63,776 bases of DNA, filler included, from Octopus bimaculoides (GCF_001194135.2; 6 parts of 6 records of this genome joined end to end with filler, not necessarily neighbours in it); one strand, 5' to 3'. Shown: positions 1 through 13,827, counted from the first letter of the whole stretch. Numbers and translations: made by a program. Notes: generated by a model not told the origin, from the sequence alone.

Positions 1-160
1 AAAAGCAAAAGACGAAGTCAGGTGGTGTAGACAACAAACAGATGTATTAGCTTAATGCTCAGGAAGTGAAAAAGTCTTTAACGTTTCGAGCCAATGCTCT
101 TCCACAGAAAGGAACACAGAAAGAAACAAGGAGAGAAAATAAATATATATATATATATAA
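1..160 (-). repeat. Short interspersed repeat (PLE pseudo-LTR-like) carrying a variant hammerhead motif; same family as 14160-14360
   Basis: Minus strand CCTTT-CTGTGGA-A-GAGC-ATTG-GCTC-GAAAC-GTT-AAAGAC...ctaatacatctgtttgttgtctacaccacctg aligns by eye with 14230-14330 on plus. Confidence 0.7.
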
Positions 161-244
161 GGGAGAGAGAGAGGGAGAGGAAGCGAGAGAGATGAGAAAG
201 AGTAGGAGAGAGAGTGAGTGAAACATTAAAATATCTCATGTAAA

Positions 245-440
245 TAAGCACTGGTGATGGCTCCTCATAAAAAGCACCCAGTATGCTGTGTAAAGTGGTT
301 AGCATTAGGAAGGGCATCCAGCTGTAGAAGCCAAGCCAAAACAGTCTATAGAATCTAGTGCAGCCCCTGACCTTGCCAGTTCCTGTCAAGCCATCCAACT
401 CATGCCAGCATGGAAAACAGACATTAAATGCTGTTGTTGT

Positions 441-480
<40 letters not shown>
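245..480 (-). repeat. Interspersed SINE/LINE-tail repeat ending in (ATC)n/(GAT)n; related copies near 3600-3750, 20440-20700, 57540-57660
   Basis: Shared motif ctggatgcccttcctaatgccaac...gggtgcttttta recurring in the window in both orientations. Confidence 0.7.
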
Positions 481-483
<3 letters not shown>

Positions 484-1686
484 AATCAAATAAGTCATCA
501 TCAAATCAAAGATTCCAAATAAGCAGTGCCAAAACAGCTGTGCCAATATGTCTCATAATTGTATTTCTCTGCATGTTTATTTAAAGATAATTTTTTTTAA
601 AGAAAAAAAGAATAAGAGAAAAAATGAAAAAGTTAATAATTCACTATGCAAAAAAAATTTATAAATGTCTTTCGAATGGTTATCATTAAAATAAATTTTT
701 TTTTTCCTTTTTAAAACACAGTGGAAATGTCAAGATTAAAATAACCTTAGGCCAGTTTGACTTATGAATATATTTCCGTCTTTGTTTTTGCTCTCGTCTT
801 TTATGTATTCAATAATTTAGGTTGCTGTGTGTATGTTCAAGAACACAATCTTTAAAATGAGTAAATGATTAGTATAAGAGTAGTTTGGGGTATAATTTTT
901 TAGAAGTCTGCCTTTTTAAGTTTACACTGATGTTTGTCAAAATATTTTGGAACACCAAAATGCACAAAGAAGTAGATGGATGAATAAAAGAGTGCTTGTA
1001 ATTTAATTTTTGATTCAAAATGTATGTCTTGTAATTTTAATGGGAAATCATTTAAAAACTGTTTTTCTTTTTTCTGTTTTCACATTTTTCATTTTCACTT
1101 GAAGCTGTTTAACATTTTGAAATGAAAAAAATTTTTTTCATTTTATTGACGCTAAAATAATGTTCCTGTGATTCGAGATCTTTTAGAAGTGTTGTTGTGA
1201 GTTTGTACTATGTTGGTTGACTACACTTAAGCCACAAATATGTGGAATGGTGTGTTTGAAGAAATGGTAGTGAACTGCAATAAATGTCTCATATTATTTG
1301 ATTTTGGTTCCTCTGTTCTCTTAGGATAGAATTTTCATGGAATGGACTAGCTCTTATCATCATCATCATACTCATCGTCTTCTTCATCACCATCATCATC
1401 ATCGTCGTCATCATTATTTCCATTATGGGATGGGTTGGATGGGTGTTGCAGCCACTCACTGCTTGTATTCCTTCATTCCACTTCAATGACACACAAAAAA
1501 AAAATGTCAAGTTTTGTTGCTTGCAGAGTGAATGATTTGTGAACTTGGGCTTTCCTTTTGATACATGTGGATGTGTGTGTATATGTGTGTGCGTGGATGT
1601 GTATGTGTGTGTGTATGTATGTGTATATATATATATATGTATATATGTAAATATATGTGCATGAATGTATATGTGTATAATGCTGA

Positions 1687-1726
<40 letters not shown>

Positions 1727-1831
1727 ACAGGAATGGCAACAAAAGAAAGAAAGAGACCTCAATATTATGCAAATAGAGGAATTTATCTGTAAAGATATGT
1801 GACATATATATATATATCTGTGCACGTGAGT

Positions 1832-1909
<78 letters not shown>

Positions 1910-1931
1910 NNNNNNNNNNGTGCACATGAGT

Positions 1932-1974
<43 letters not shown>

Positions 1975-2128
1975 GTTTGACTCAGCTCCAATTATATCCA
2001 AAAAAGATGTAAACAAAACCAACTAAGGTTACCTCTTCTTGTATTTAGGATTTCTAAAATAACATATTTCGATACTTTGTATAAGCTTGTTTCAATGCCA
2101 AAAGTATAGAACATATCTATAGATGTGT

Positions 2129-2164
<36 letters not shown>

Positions 2165-2209
2165 ACATATATATATATATTAGAGTTACTATTTGCATCT
2201 AGATTGCAT

Positions 2210-2526
2210 GGAGGCGCAATGGCCCAGTGGTTAGGGCAACGGACTCGCAGTCAGAGGATCGTGGTTTCAATTCCCAGACCGGGTGTTGTGTGTGTATATT
2301 GAGTGAAAACATCTAAAGCTGCACGAGGCTCCGGCAGGGGGTGGTGGTGACCCCTGTTGAAATTTTTGACCCCGACTTTATCTTACTCTTTCTTCCTGTT
2401 TCTTCAGTAATGCTGCTATGGACTGGCGTCCCGTCCAGCTGGGGGGAACACATACGCCATAGAAACCGGGAAACTGGGCCCATGAGCCTGGCTACGCTTT
2501 AAAAAGGGCGCATAATTAAAAAATAA
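2210..2526 (+). mobile_element. tRNA-derived SINE with 13-bp target-site duplication
   Basis: A box TGGCCCAGTGG and B-box-like GGTTTCAATTCCC; A-rich tail; ATTTGCATCTAGA at 2191-2203 and 2527-2539. Confidence 0.85.
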
Positions 2527-2898
2527 ATTTGCATCTAGAACTAGCTACTTTGCTTGTGGCCAGATCAGCGGCTGAATGTTGCTTATTTTCCTAGATATTG
2601 AGAGCCAGGGGGAATGAGAGACAGGTGTTCAGTAATGGGGAGGAGCAAATACTCTGAAAGCAGACTGGTCTTCTGGTCCTGTCAAATCAGAAGATGTGAG
2701 GGGCTCACTCCCCTGCTTGCAAGATATCAGACACATATTGTATCATTAACCAGGTGGAGAAGGTGTTCTCCTGAGGTTAAAAAAGTAGTAACCATTGTTC
2801 TGCATTGAGCAGCCATGTTGAAGCGACAACAAGCAACACGTTTCGGCAGAGTTACTACTTGCATCTCTTATAGAGATTTTAGAACTAGCTACTTTGTT

Positions 2899-2997
<99 letters not shown>

Positions 2998-3548
2998 GAG
3001 AGAGAGAGAGGGAGAGAGAGCGAAAGAGAGATAGATAGATAGATAGATAGATGCATGTATGTATCTATATACATATGCATATGATAGGTTTCTTTCAATT
3101 TCCATCTACTACCAAATCCACTCACAAGCCTTTGGTTGGCCTGAGGCCATAGTATAAAGTACTTGCCCAAGGTTCTACGCAGTGTGACTGAATCTGAGAT
3201 TGTTTGGTTGGGAATCAGACTTCTTAACCACAGAGCCACCCTTTTATACAAGGAAATATTTTGTTTCTTTAATACCATGAATCAATTAAAATGAATTCTA
3301 CAACATCAAACCTGTTTTCTCTCCCTCTCTTTCTCTTCATTTCAACTTTATTATTGTAAACTGTCATTAAATGAAACAGAAAATGTAAAAACACTTGAAA
3401 TCATTTTATTAATTACACAGCAAGTGGTACAGTACAAGGACTTGTGTTTGCAACAAAGGCATTTACATAATATTAAACTCTCAGTAAAAAAACATATATT
3501 GTTATATTCACATTTTAAATTATACATCATCATCATCATCATCAACAA

Positions 3549-3599
<51 letters not shown>

Positions 3600-3789
3600 T
3601 TAATGTCCCTTGTCCATGGGTTGGTTAGTTTGACCAGGGCTGGCCAGCTGGAAGGCTGCACCAGGCCCCAGTCTGATTTGCAATGGTTTTCTATGGCTGG
3701 ATGCCCTACCTAATGCCAACATCTCTGAGATTGCAATGGGTGCTTTTACAAATTTGTAATTAAAAACTGAAACGGCTGTAAGAAGTGGA

Positions 3790-4420
3790 GATGACCAATT
3801 TGTTTTTAATTGGCATTCAGGCAGTGTCTTACATAACCCAAGACCCCAATAATTGCAGGTTCAAATCTGAACTTGTGATCTGCATAGAGTAACTGCAGAT
3901 TTCTCAATAGTTCAGTGTAGATATTCTCTTTTTCACTGATCTTCAGCTCTATGTTAACATCTGCTGGGCACCTAATTTGCACAACTCTACACAGTTCCTC
4001 TTCTCTATCCCAAATCATTATATCAGGTCTGTTGTGCTTACATTTTATTGAGGGTTTCTCTGGGACATTCCTCCAGTACTCCTTTTCATTATGAGTTGTT
4101 ATGGCTTCTACCGTATTGTGGGTTCTTATTTCTTTGTCCTCGGGGTTATCCTTCTGATGGATTTCATTATAAAGTTTCCCAGCTACAACCTCATGTCTTA
4201 TCAATAGATAATATTGTAATGACATTTTTAGACAACTGCTTATGATGTGGGTGATACCTTCGGTGTTAACTCTATGAAGTCTGCATTGGTTGTCACATTT
4301 TACTGATTTTCCTGCTTCTCTATCTCTTTTGTGCATGAGGTATTTGGTTGATATTTCATGCTCCTGGATTGCAAATGCATACCCTTCAAAGTGGGAGGTT
4401 CGACTATGCCAGTGGCACAT
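3790..4420 (-). mobile_element. R4/Dong-clade non-LTR retrotransposon fragment: C-terminal CCHC knuckle plus restriction-like endonuclease
   Basis: ORF 3806-4420: QCRL..TEGITHIISSC (knuckle), HNRPDIMIWD..C.VVQIRCPAD...EKENIYTEL (PD..D endonuclease). Confidence 0.85.
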
Positions 4421-4439
4421 TCAGATTTGTATATGTATA

Positions 4440-4730
4440 TATATGTGTGTGTCCATGTTTGTTTCTCCTTGCCTTGACATTGTGTAATAGTTGTAAATGA
4501 GTGTCACTGTCATACAAGCAGTGTCATTCATTTCCAATATTCTGTAAGAACATGTCTGTCTATGGGAACATATTACCTTATTTGGAAACAGGTGAAGGTT
4601 GGCAACTAGATGGGAATCTGGCTGCAGAGTATCTGCTTTGATAAACTCCATCCAATTCATGCAAGCATGAAAAGAAAGGATGTGAAAATAATACTGATGA
4701 TGATAATAGAGGTGACAGTGACAGCAGTGA
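4440..4730 (+). repeat. Interspersed SINE-like repeat ending in (GAT)n; second copy at about 12090-12430 on minus
   Basis: Shared ccttgacattgtgtaatagttgtaaa...atattacct...ggaaacaggtga..gttggcaac motif. Confidence 0.65.
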
Positions 4731-4738
4731 TGATGATA

Positions 4739-4771
<33 letters not shown>

Positions 4772-6620
4772 AATAAGCCAAAGGAAGACACAGAGGAGAA
4801 GCTGACATTTCACGTGATGCCCTTTATCAAAAAAGAAAATCAGAAAAGGACAAAGATAGAAAAATCTGTTCTTTCTCTTATTTCTTCCTCTTTCTGTTCA
4901 AGAACATCATACAAGATGCCAGATTCTGTTTCTTCTTTTGACATTTTCAGCTTCGTTGTACACTTCTTTGTTTGTTGTGTTCTTTTGCTGTATATCTCTA
5001 TGCTTCCCAGGCATCTGTCTTACTTGGAGTAACATTCTTTGTTTGTTTACTTACTGCTTTCAATTATACTCATGTTATTTGCGTGACTTTGGTCCATGTC
5101 CTTATGGCTACACAGAATCATTAGATGCATCCTCACAGAATCATCATCATCATCATCATCGTTTAATATCTGCCTTCCATGCTGGCGTAACCATAACAAT
5201 TATTGTAATGTGTATGTGTCTGTTTGTGTGAGTTTACATTTATATATATATAAATATATATATGTATATATATATATGTGTGCATATATATATATATATA
5301 TATATANNNNNNNNNNNNNNNNNNNNNNNNNNNNNNNNNNNNNNNNNNNNNNNNNNNNNNNNNNNNNNNNNNNNNNNNNNNNNNNNNNNNNNNNNNNNNN
5401 NNNNNNNNNNNNNNNNNNNNNNNNNNNNNNNNNNNNNNNNNNNNNNNNNNNNNNNNNNNNNNNNNNNNNNNNNNNNNNNNNNNNNNNNNNNNNNNNNNNN
5501 NNNNNNNNNNNNNNNNNNNNNNNNNNNNNNNNNNNNNNNNNNNNNNNNNNNNNNNNNNNNNNNNNNNNNNNNNNNNNNNNNNNNNNNNNNNNNNNNNNNN
5601 NNNNNNNNNNNNNNNNNNNNNNNNNNNNNNNNNNNNNNNNNNNNNNNNNNNNNNNNNNNNNNNNNNNNNNNNNNNNNNNNNNNNNNNNNNNNNNNNNNNN
5701 NNNNNNNNNNNNNNNNNNNNNNNNNNNNNNNNNNNNNNNNNNNNNNNNNNNNNNNNNNNNNNNNNNNNNNNNNNNNNNNNNNNNNNNNNNNNNNNNNNNN
5801 NNNNNNNNNNNNNNNNNNNNNNNNNNNNNNNNNNNTTATATAAACTGAGATTGTTAATATTACAATACTCAGAAACAGGCTAGAATTGAATTGCTCAAAT
5901 TGAGCTAAAGTTCAAATTATAGTTTGAATGGAGACAATACAGGTGGAAAATCATAGGAACAATACCCCATCTCCAACAAAAGATTTAATATACATGTGTT
6001 TGCATATCATCCTTGAATCAATAATTATACACAATTCTCAGTAGCAAAATTACCTAAAATGAAATAAAGGTACACAGGCACATAAAAACATTTAAACTTC
6101 AAAAATATAATGAATGTTTAAAAATATTAAAAATATTTATAAGTATTACTAATTTCTGAGCCATATAAAAATAATATCCAATATAAGATGATGTAATACG
6201 ATAAATAAACCTATGACATAACATATAGTGAATAAATATATACGATATGATATTACAAAATTTATATGTATTATATTATAATATTATATTATAATATCAT
6301 ATTATAATATCCTGGAGATAGATGGTAAATGTTTTTATTTTTCATTCCCTTTGAAGTTTATCCCTAATAGTGGTTTGAATTTTAGCTGTTCCTTCTAGCG
6401 TGCAAGGAATCCTATGACGGATACCTCTTATGTGTTTAAATGTACATTGTATTTATAGGAATAATATAAAGTCTACTGACTAATTTTTTTACATGCTAGG
6501 CCATTGGTAGTAGAAATTTCTAAAATTCTTTATTACCCTAATATTAATCATATACATATATATATATGTGTGTGTGTATGTGTGTGTGTGTATGTATGTA
6601 TGTGTGTCTGTATATATGTA

Positions 6621-6839
6621 TGCAAAATTTAGGTTAGTTAAAATATATTTGTGACATATTTCAACTTCTAAGGGTAAATTCACTGAAGTTGCCATGGAGA
6701 AAAAAAACCTCTCTTATGGTAAGAAAAAATTCACTCTCATGGTAAGAGAGAATTTTTTTCTCCACGGTTACTGCAGTGAATTTGCCTTTAGAAGTTGAAA
6801 TATGTGACAGACATATTTTGAACTAACCTAAAGTTTGCT
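6621..6839. mobile_element. Foldback MITE with about 75-bp terminal inverted repeats; same family as 49022-49311
   Basis: tgcaaaatttaggttagttaaaatatatttgtgacatatttcaacttctaag versus tttagaagttgaaatatgtgacagacatattttgaactaacctaaagtttgc; TA flanks. Confidence 0.8.
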
Positions 6840-7006
6840 TATGCCTAAATACTGCTTGGTGCCGATACTATGGGAATNNNNNNNNNNNNNNNNNNNNNNN
6901 NNNNNNNNNNNNNNNNNNNNNNNNNNNNNNNNNNNNNNNNNNNNNNNNNNNNNNNNNNNNNNNNNNNNNNNNNNNNNNNNNNNNNNNNNNNNNNNNNNNN
7001 NNNNNN

Positions 7007-7093
<87 letters not shown>

Positions 7094-7225
7094 CATATAT
7101 ATATATATCTATATATGTATATCCATCTTTATATATATGATGATGAAGATGATATATATATAGATAGATAGATACACACATATATAAATACATATATATA
7201 TATTTAAATATATATATATACATAC

Positions 7226-7312
<87 letters not shown>

Positions 7313-8137
7313 CCCTTGTATACATATATATATCCACACACACAAACACACACGTATATGTATGTGTGTATGCATACATGCATGGATGTAAATATGCGTG
7401 TATGTATGTAAGTATACATGTACATGTATATGCAAGACATGGTTATGGGGTTAGGGTTTGCCAACACTTCTCTGAAGTATTGTTTTGTGGTATCAAATCT
7501 AGAATCATGTAGCTGTGAAGTGAACCTGTTTTAAGCACAGAACCATGACTGTGTATATATATATATTTTAAAAACTTATTTGGCACTCTATGCTGGTCAA
7601 CTTGTAGACAGGTAGGTAGGAATACATGGATATATATATTTATATATATATATATGTATAAGTAAGTATGTAGGTAGTTGGGAGAATAGATGATAGAAAA
7701 TCAATGTCTAACTTGGGTTTCTCCCTGGCTTACTCCCTTACAGCAAATAAATATATAAGTAAATTTATTTTCTGAACATATTGCTGAATATTTTTTCAAC
7801 TAGAGCCATCAAAGAATGATTTCTTTGTTCATAATTTGAAATTTCACTTTAGAATTTAAAAAAAAAAAAATGATGTATCTTACTTTGTTTGAATATAAAT
7901 AATATTGAAAATCGTAATGGCACACAGCTGATAGTGCACTTCAAAATTGGTGATGTATTTAATGGTTGGTAAAAGAAAAAAAAAAATCATAAAAATAGTG
8001 GTTGTGTGTCATTTTTTGATAACTATTGAGTTTTACATTTTCTTTTTCTGTGGGGTGAGGGTTGAAAAAAAATGTTCTTTTTTGGTAGTAAAAGAACTGG
8101 TACTAGTAGGTATAATTATATTTATTTGGTAACTATA

Positions 8138-8203
<66 letters not shown>

Positions 8204-8615
8204 CATCAATTTTTAAAAAATTCTTGTACACATGCAAATATTGCTCTCAAATTTAGAAAGCCAAAAAAAGAGGGAGAGAAAGAGAAAGAGAGAAAGAAAG
8301 AGAAAGAGAGAGAGAGAGAGAGGGAGAGAGAGAGAATGTTGATTTTGGGAGCCATTTTTATCTTTTATCTTTGAATTCTATTAACACATTGAATGCAACT
8401 TGAGTTAAATCAACCTGAAATATCTTTGGTGGATGAAAGACTTTGCTTTTCTTTTTCCTTCTTCTCTTCATTTTTGGTGTTGGTGCTGGAGTGAATAATA
8501 ATATTTATCATTTCTATGTTGTTGTTATTGTTGTTATTATTAAAAGAAACCATTATTGTTATTATTATTATTATCAGCATCATCATCATCATCATTATCA
8601 TCATCATCATCATCA

Positions 8616-8664
<49 letters not shown>

Positions 8665-8669
8665 TATTA

Positions 8670-8708
<39 letters not shown>

Positions 8709-8716
8709 CATTATTA

Positions 8717-8940
8717 TGGCAGCTAGCTGGCAGAATCATTACAACACCAGGCAAAATGTTTTGCAGCATTTCATTTACCTTTATGTTCTGAGTTCAAATT
8801 CCGCCGAGGTCAACTTTGCCTTTTACCTTTTTGGGGTCAATGAAATAAAGTACCAATTGAGCACTGGGGTCGATGTAATCGACTAGCCCCCTCCACCAAA
8901 ATTTCAGCCCTTGTGCCTATAGTAGAAAGGGTTATTACTG

Positions 8941-8977
<37 letters not shown>

Positions 8978-9250
8978 GGCAGTGGGCTGGCAACATCATT
9001 AGCATGTTGTGCAAAATGCTTAGTGGCATTTTGTCTGATTTTGCCTTTCGTTCTTTTTGGGTCGATAAAATAAATACCAGCTGAGTGCTGGGGTCGATGT
9101 AATGGACTTACTCACTCGCCTAATATTGCTGGCCTTGGGCCAAAATTTGAAATCATTATTATTACTACAATAAGATTTGCAGAATCATTAGAGCGCTGGA
9201 ACAAAATGCCTTGCAGCGTTTAATTAAATCCTTTTATATTCTGAGTTCAG
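8717..9250 (+). mobile_element. Cluster of three tandem copies (one full, two partial) of a tRNA-like SINE separated by (ATT)n
   Basis: Repeated gctggcagaatcattag...gttctgagttcaaattccgccgaggtcaactttgcc...ggggtcgat. Confidence 0.8.
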
Positions 9251-9415
9251 CTGTACCCTGAGAGGCTGAAATGCAATGGTCTTAGACAAACTGTTGAATA
9301 TAAATGGAGCTGGTCACAGCTGGGATGTTGTTAATCACAGAACTCTTTGATCAGGTGAGACAAGGTATTCAAAACAAGAACAGCAAGCTTTGATGAGTTT
9401 AACAAATCCTGTTGG

Positions 9416-9579
9416 CAGGGCTGTCTTAGCAGTGTTATGAAGCCCCCAGGCAAATCAATGCACTGAGCCCTATTGTATAGATTTTTGAGAACAAGCATAC
9501 ACAGATTAGAATTAGGTCCCTAGACTCACGAGGCTTCAGGGGTAACTGCCTATTATGGTCAGGCCTTAAGACAATGCTA
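9416..9579. mobile_element. Small hAT-like MITE
   Basis: Ends CAGGGCTGTCTTA ... TAAGACAATGCT form an imperfect inverted repeat. Confidence 0.5.
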
Positions 9580-9681
9580 CCTGTGGGAGTTTGTCTGAGT
9601 AAGTTATGAAAAGTGGATGGTAAGGAAAATTGGTGCTCTCAAATAGATGAGAAATCACTTTAATGTAAGTAGTAGCAGCGG

Positions 9682-9735
<54 letters not shown>

Positions 9736-10044
9736 TAGTAGTAGTAGCTGAAGTCTGGCTGCTGTAGATGTTCTCAGGTAATGTGAACAAAGTGTTTAAC
9801 AACTGAATGAGTGCAAAGTGAGAATGGAGATATTGGTGGTGGCTGTTGTTGTTGTTGTTGTTATTGTTGGTGGTGGTGGTTTTGGTGTTGTTGTTGTGGG
9901 TGGTGGCGATGGTGGTTGTGGTGACTGTTGTAGTAGTGATGGTGGAAGTCATGATGGTTACGGCGACGTCGATGAGGACCATCTGATGGTCATGATAGCA
10001 CCCTAGCCATATTCATAATCATCATCATCATTATTATTAGTATC

Positions 10045-10423
10045 CTTTTCTACTCTAGGCACAAGGCCCAAAAATTTGGGTGAGGGGGGGCCAGTCGATT
10101 AGATCGACCCCAGTACGCAACTGGTACTTAATTTATCGACCCCGAAAGATGAAAGACAAAGTTGACCTCGATGGAATTTGAACTCAGACCGTAAAGACAG
10201 ACAAAATACCACTAAGCATTTTGCCCAGTGTGTTGATGTTTCTTATTTCTTTATTGCCCTCAAGGGGCTAAACATAGAGGGGACAAACAAGGACAGACAA
10301 AGGATTAAGTCGATTGCATCAACCTCAGTGCATAACTGGTACTTAATTTATCAACCCCGAAAGGATGAAAGGCAAAGTCGATCTCGGCGGAATTTGAACT
10401 CAGAACGTAACGACAGACAAAAT
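10045..10423 (-). mobile_element. Two tandem SINE copies of the 8717 family with different 3' tails; further copies at 33016-33220 (+) and 41325-41445 (-)
   Basis: Reverse complements of ttctgagttcaaattcc..gaggtcaactttg and taagtaccagtt motifs. Confidence 0.8.
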
Positions 10424-11121
10424 NNNNNNNNNNNNNNNNNNNNNNNNNNNNNNNNNNNNNNNNNNNNNNNNNNNNNNNNNNNNNNNNNNNNNNNNNNNNN
10501 NNNNNNNNNNNNNNNNNNNNNNNNNNNNNNNNNNNNNNNNNNNNNNNNNNNNNNNNNNNNNNNNNNNNNNNNNNNNNNNNNNNNNNNNNNNNNNNNNNNN
10601 NNNNNNNNNNNNNNNNNNNNNNNNNNNNNNNNNNNNNNNNNNNNNNNNNNNNNNNNNNNNNNNNNNNNNNNNNNNNNNNNNNNNNNNNNNNNNNNNNNNN
10701 NNNNNNNNNNNNNNNNNNNNNNNNNNNNNNNNNNNNNNNNNNNNNNNNNNNNNNNNNNNNNNNNNNNNNNNNNNNNNNNNNNNNNNNNNNNNNNNNNNNN
10801 NNNNNNNNNNNNNNNNNNNNNNNNNNNNNNNNNNNNNNNNNNNNNNNNNNNNNNNNNNNNNNNNNNNNNNNNNNNNNNNNNNNNNNNNNNNNNNNNNNNN
10901 NNNNNNNNNNNNNNNNNNNNNNNNNNNNNNNNNNNNNNNNNNNNNNNNNNNNNNNNNNNNNNNNNNNNNNNNNNNNNNNNNNNNNNNNNNNNNNNNNNNN
11001 NNNNNNNNNNNNNNNNNNNNNNNNNNNNNNNNNNNNNNNNNNNNNNNNNNNNNNNNNNNNNNNNNNNNNNNNNNNNNNNNNNNNNNNNNNNNNNNNNNNN
11101 NNNNNNNNNNNNNNNNNNNNN

Positions 11122-11152
<31 letters not shown>

Positions 11153-12450
11153 TTGTTATATTTTTTGATAACATAGTAGGTTAGATAGGATGATGTCTAT
11201 ATTACAATAACCAGTTATATGTTGTGCTTGTATAGTAATATTACGATCATGAAATTAGGATTATCTTATTTTGCTCTTTTTCACAGAACCCCTAGGAACC
11301 TTTTGCGGAAGCCTAGGGCTTTGGGGAACCCCAAGTGAGAAACGTTGGTCTAGGGTATACCATTCCAGAGCAAAACATTGGCATGGTCGGAGCAATGACG
11401 TCTTTTTAAAATAGCTTCATTTGTTCTGAGAGAACCCCGACCCAGGGTTGAACAGCAACAATGACTAGTCAACTGTTCATTGAAAAGAAATCATTTATTT
11501 TAGCAGAGTTAAACTTCATAAATGTCTAAATATTTTCTTAGAAATTCTATTTTGGAAATCATCATTATATGGTTGTCTTATGATACATTTCTTCAAATTT
11601 CAATCATCTGACAGGAATTTTGATAACTTCCCTGAATTACCATGCTATTATTCACAAGTTTAATCACAGTGACAAGAACCTAGTATTTATAGAATCAATA
11701 AACAAACTTTCAGAATCAGCCTAAAGCAAACATATGTCAAAAAGTGAATCTGTATTAACCCATTCAGTCAGGTATTTTCATTGAGCAGAGTTTATCTGTT
11801 AGGTTCAGCAGGTCTCCTCTTGACCATGTAGTTACAGTTTCAGTGCCATTGCTGGGCTCATTAGTCAAGTGTATCGTAGGCCATAGCCTTAAGCTGACCA
11901 CCACAAACTGCCATCACCATCGCCACCATCACCACCACTGCCACTGCCACCACCACCATTGCTGCTATCTCCTCCTTCCTTTCTCTTTCAAGACTTCCTT
12001 CTCTCCATTAACCTCACCTTCATCCCCTACCTCGCCATCCTTCCCCCTCCTCCTCCTCCTTCTTGTCATCATCATCATCATCATCTACTTTTCCATACTC
12101 GCTAGGGGTCAGATGGAATTTGTTAAGACAGACATTTTACAGCTGGATGCCCTGCCTGTTGCTAACACTCACCTGTTTCCTAGCAAAGTAATATTTCCCC
12201 CATGGCCATATATAGCTGGAAAAGGAGACGTCAAGGAGGTGGAGGTGGAGGAGGAGGAGAGGGAGAAGAAGGAAGAAGGGAAGGGGAAGGGTGGTGATGG
12301 TGGAGGTGGTGGAGGTGGGATGAGAAGGTAGTGGTGTGTATCTGTGCAAATATGCATGCGTGGGTGTGTATGTGTATTAACGTCTCCTTGTTTTGATTAT
12401 GTGCAATAGTTGTAAATATGCATCATTATCATCATCATACATTACTTGTG

Positions 12451-12518
<68 letters not shown>

Positions 12519-13778
12519 GCTTATTTACAATTATAGCACATAATCAAAACAAGGAGATGTTAATACACACACACACCCATGCATACATATTCATACAGAT
12601 ACAAATGCACACATACACACATTTATATATATGAATATTTATGTTCATGCAAACGACAGGCTTCATTCAGTTTCTACCTTTTCAAATCCCCTCACAAAGT
12701 TTTGGTTGGCTCAGGGCTATAATAGGAAACACTTGTCCAAAGTACCAGACAAAGGAACTGTGTATGTAGTGATTAAATAACTCTCTTAGATAAATGAAGA
12801 TTTTACTTCTTATGTTCATGTTTATTCTAACATATATATAGCTTCTGGTATTTATATAAACATCTCAACTTCATTACCAAGAGAAGTTATTCTTCATTAT
12901 CTTTCTAAGACAATTATTATTTGTTGGTGATATGTAGAAAGATTGTTTTGTTGTTTTGTGCTTATCTGGTGAATTTTTATACTCACAACTTGTCTTGGCA
13001 GCAACTGTTATCTATTCTGTGGCTAAATGTGTAACTGTCTTTAGCATAACAGCAGCTGACAAGATGAATTGCCACTAAGTTTGCACTACATTGGTTCGTG
13101 TATGTCTGTCTGCTTTGTGTGTGTGTGTGTGTGTGTGTGTGTTTGTGTGTGAATTTGTATATGTGTCTGTGTATTTATGAATATAAGAATAAAATAAGTT
13201 ATGAACCATACAAATCTCTAAAAGCTAAATGAAATTTATAATTTTCTTATTCGATATTTTGATCCTAAATGATCCTGCTCAGGAAGAAACAGCAAATTCG
13301 ATCAGAGCTGAAATGTGATGTGAGTTCACCTGGTCAGTTTGAACTGCACGTAGCACAGCAGTATTCTTTACTAACATTTTGATCTGTCTGCTTTTCCAAG
13401 TTCATTTTTGATTTGTTATGGTATTGGTTGTGACTTGTGATGTGTATATATATATATTCAAAAGCACTCTAGTAAAGATTGTATTGAATTTTGATTTATT
13501 CTGTGAAAATATAGTTCATGCATTGCAAATTTAAATTGAAGCAAAAGGTTTGGATCAATCTAAGCCTATGGAACCATTTGTGCAAGATGCTATGCAATAG
13601 GATTGAACATGTGACTTTATGGTGGTGAAGAAGATTTCTTAACCTCTCAGCTATGTCTGTATTAATGTACATAAATACACACACTTGTACATACATATGT
13701 GTGTATATGCATATGTATATGTGTATGTGTATTTATATCTGTGCATATGAGTATATATGTATAAATATGTGTGTGTGT

Positions 13779-13827
<49 letters not shown>

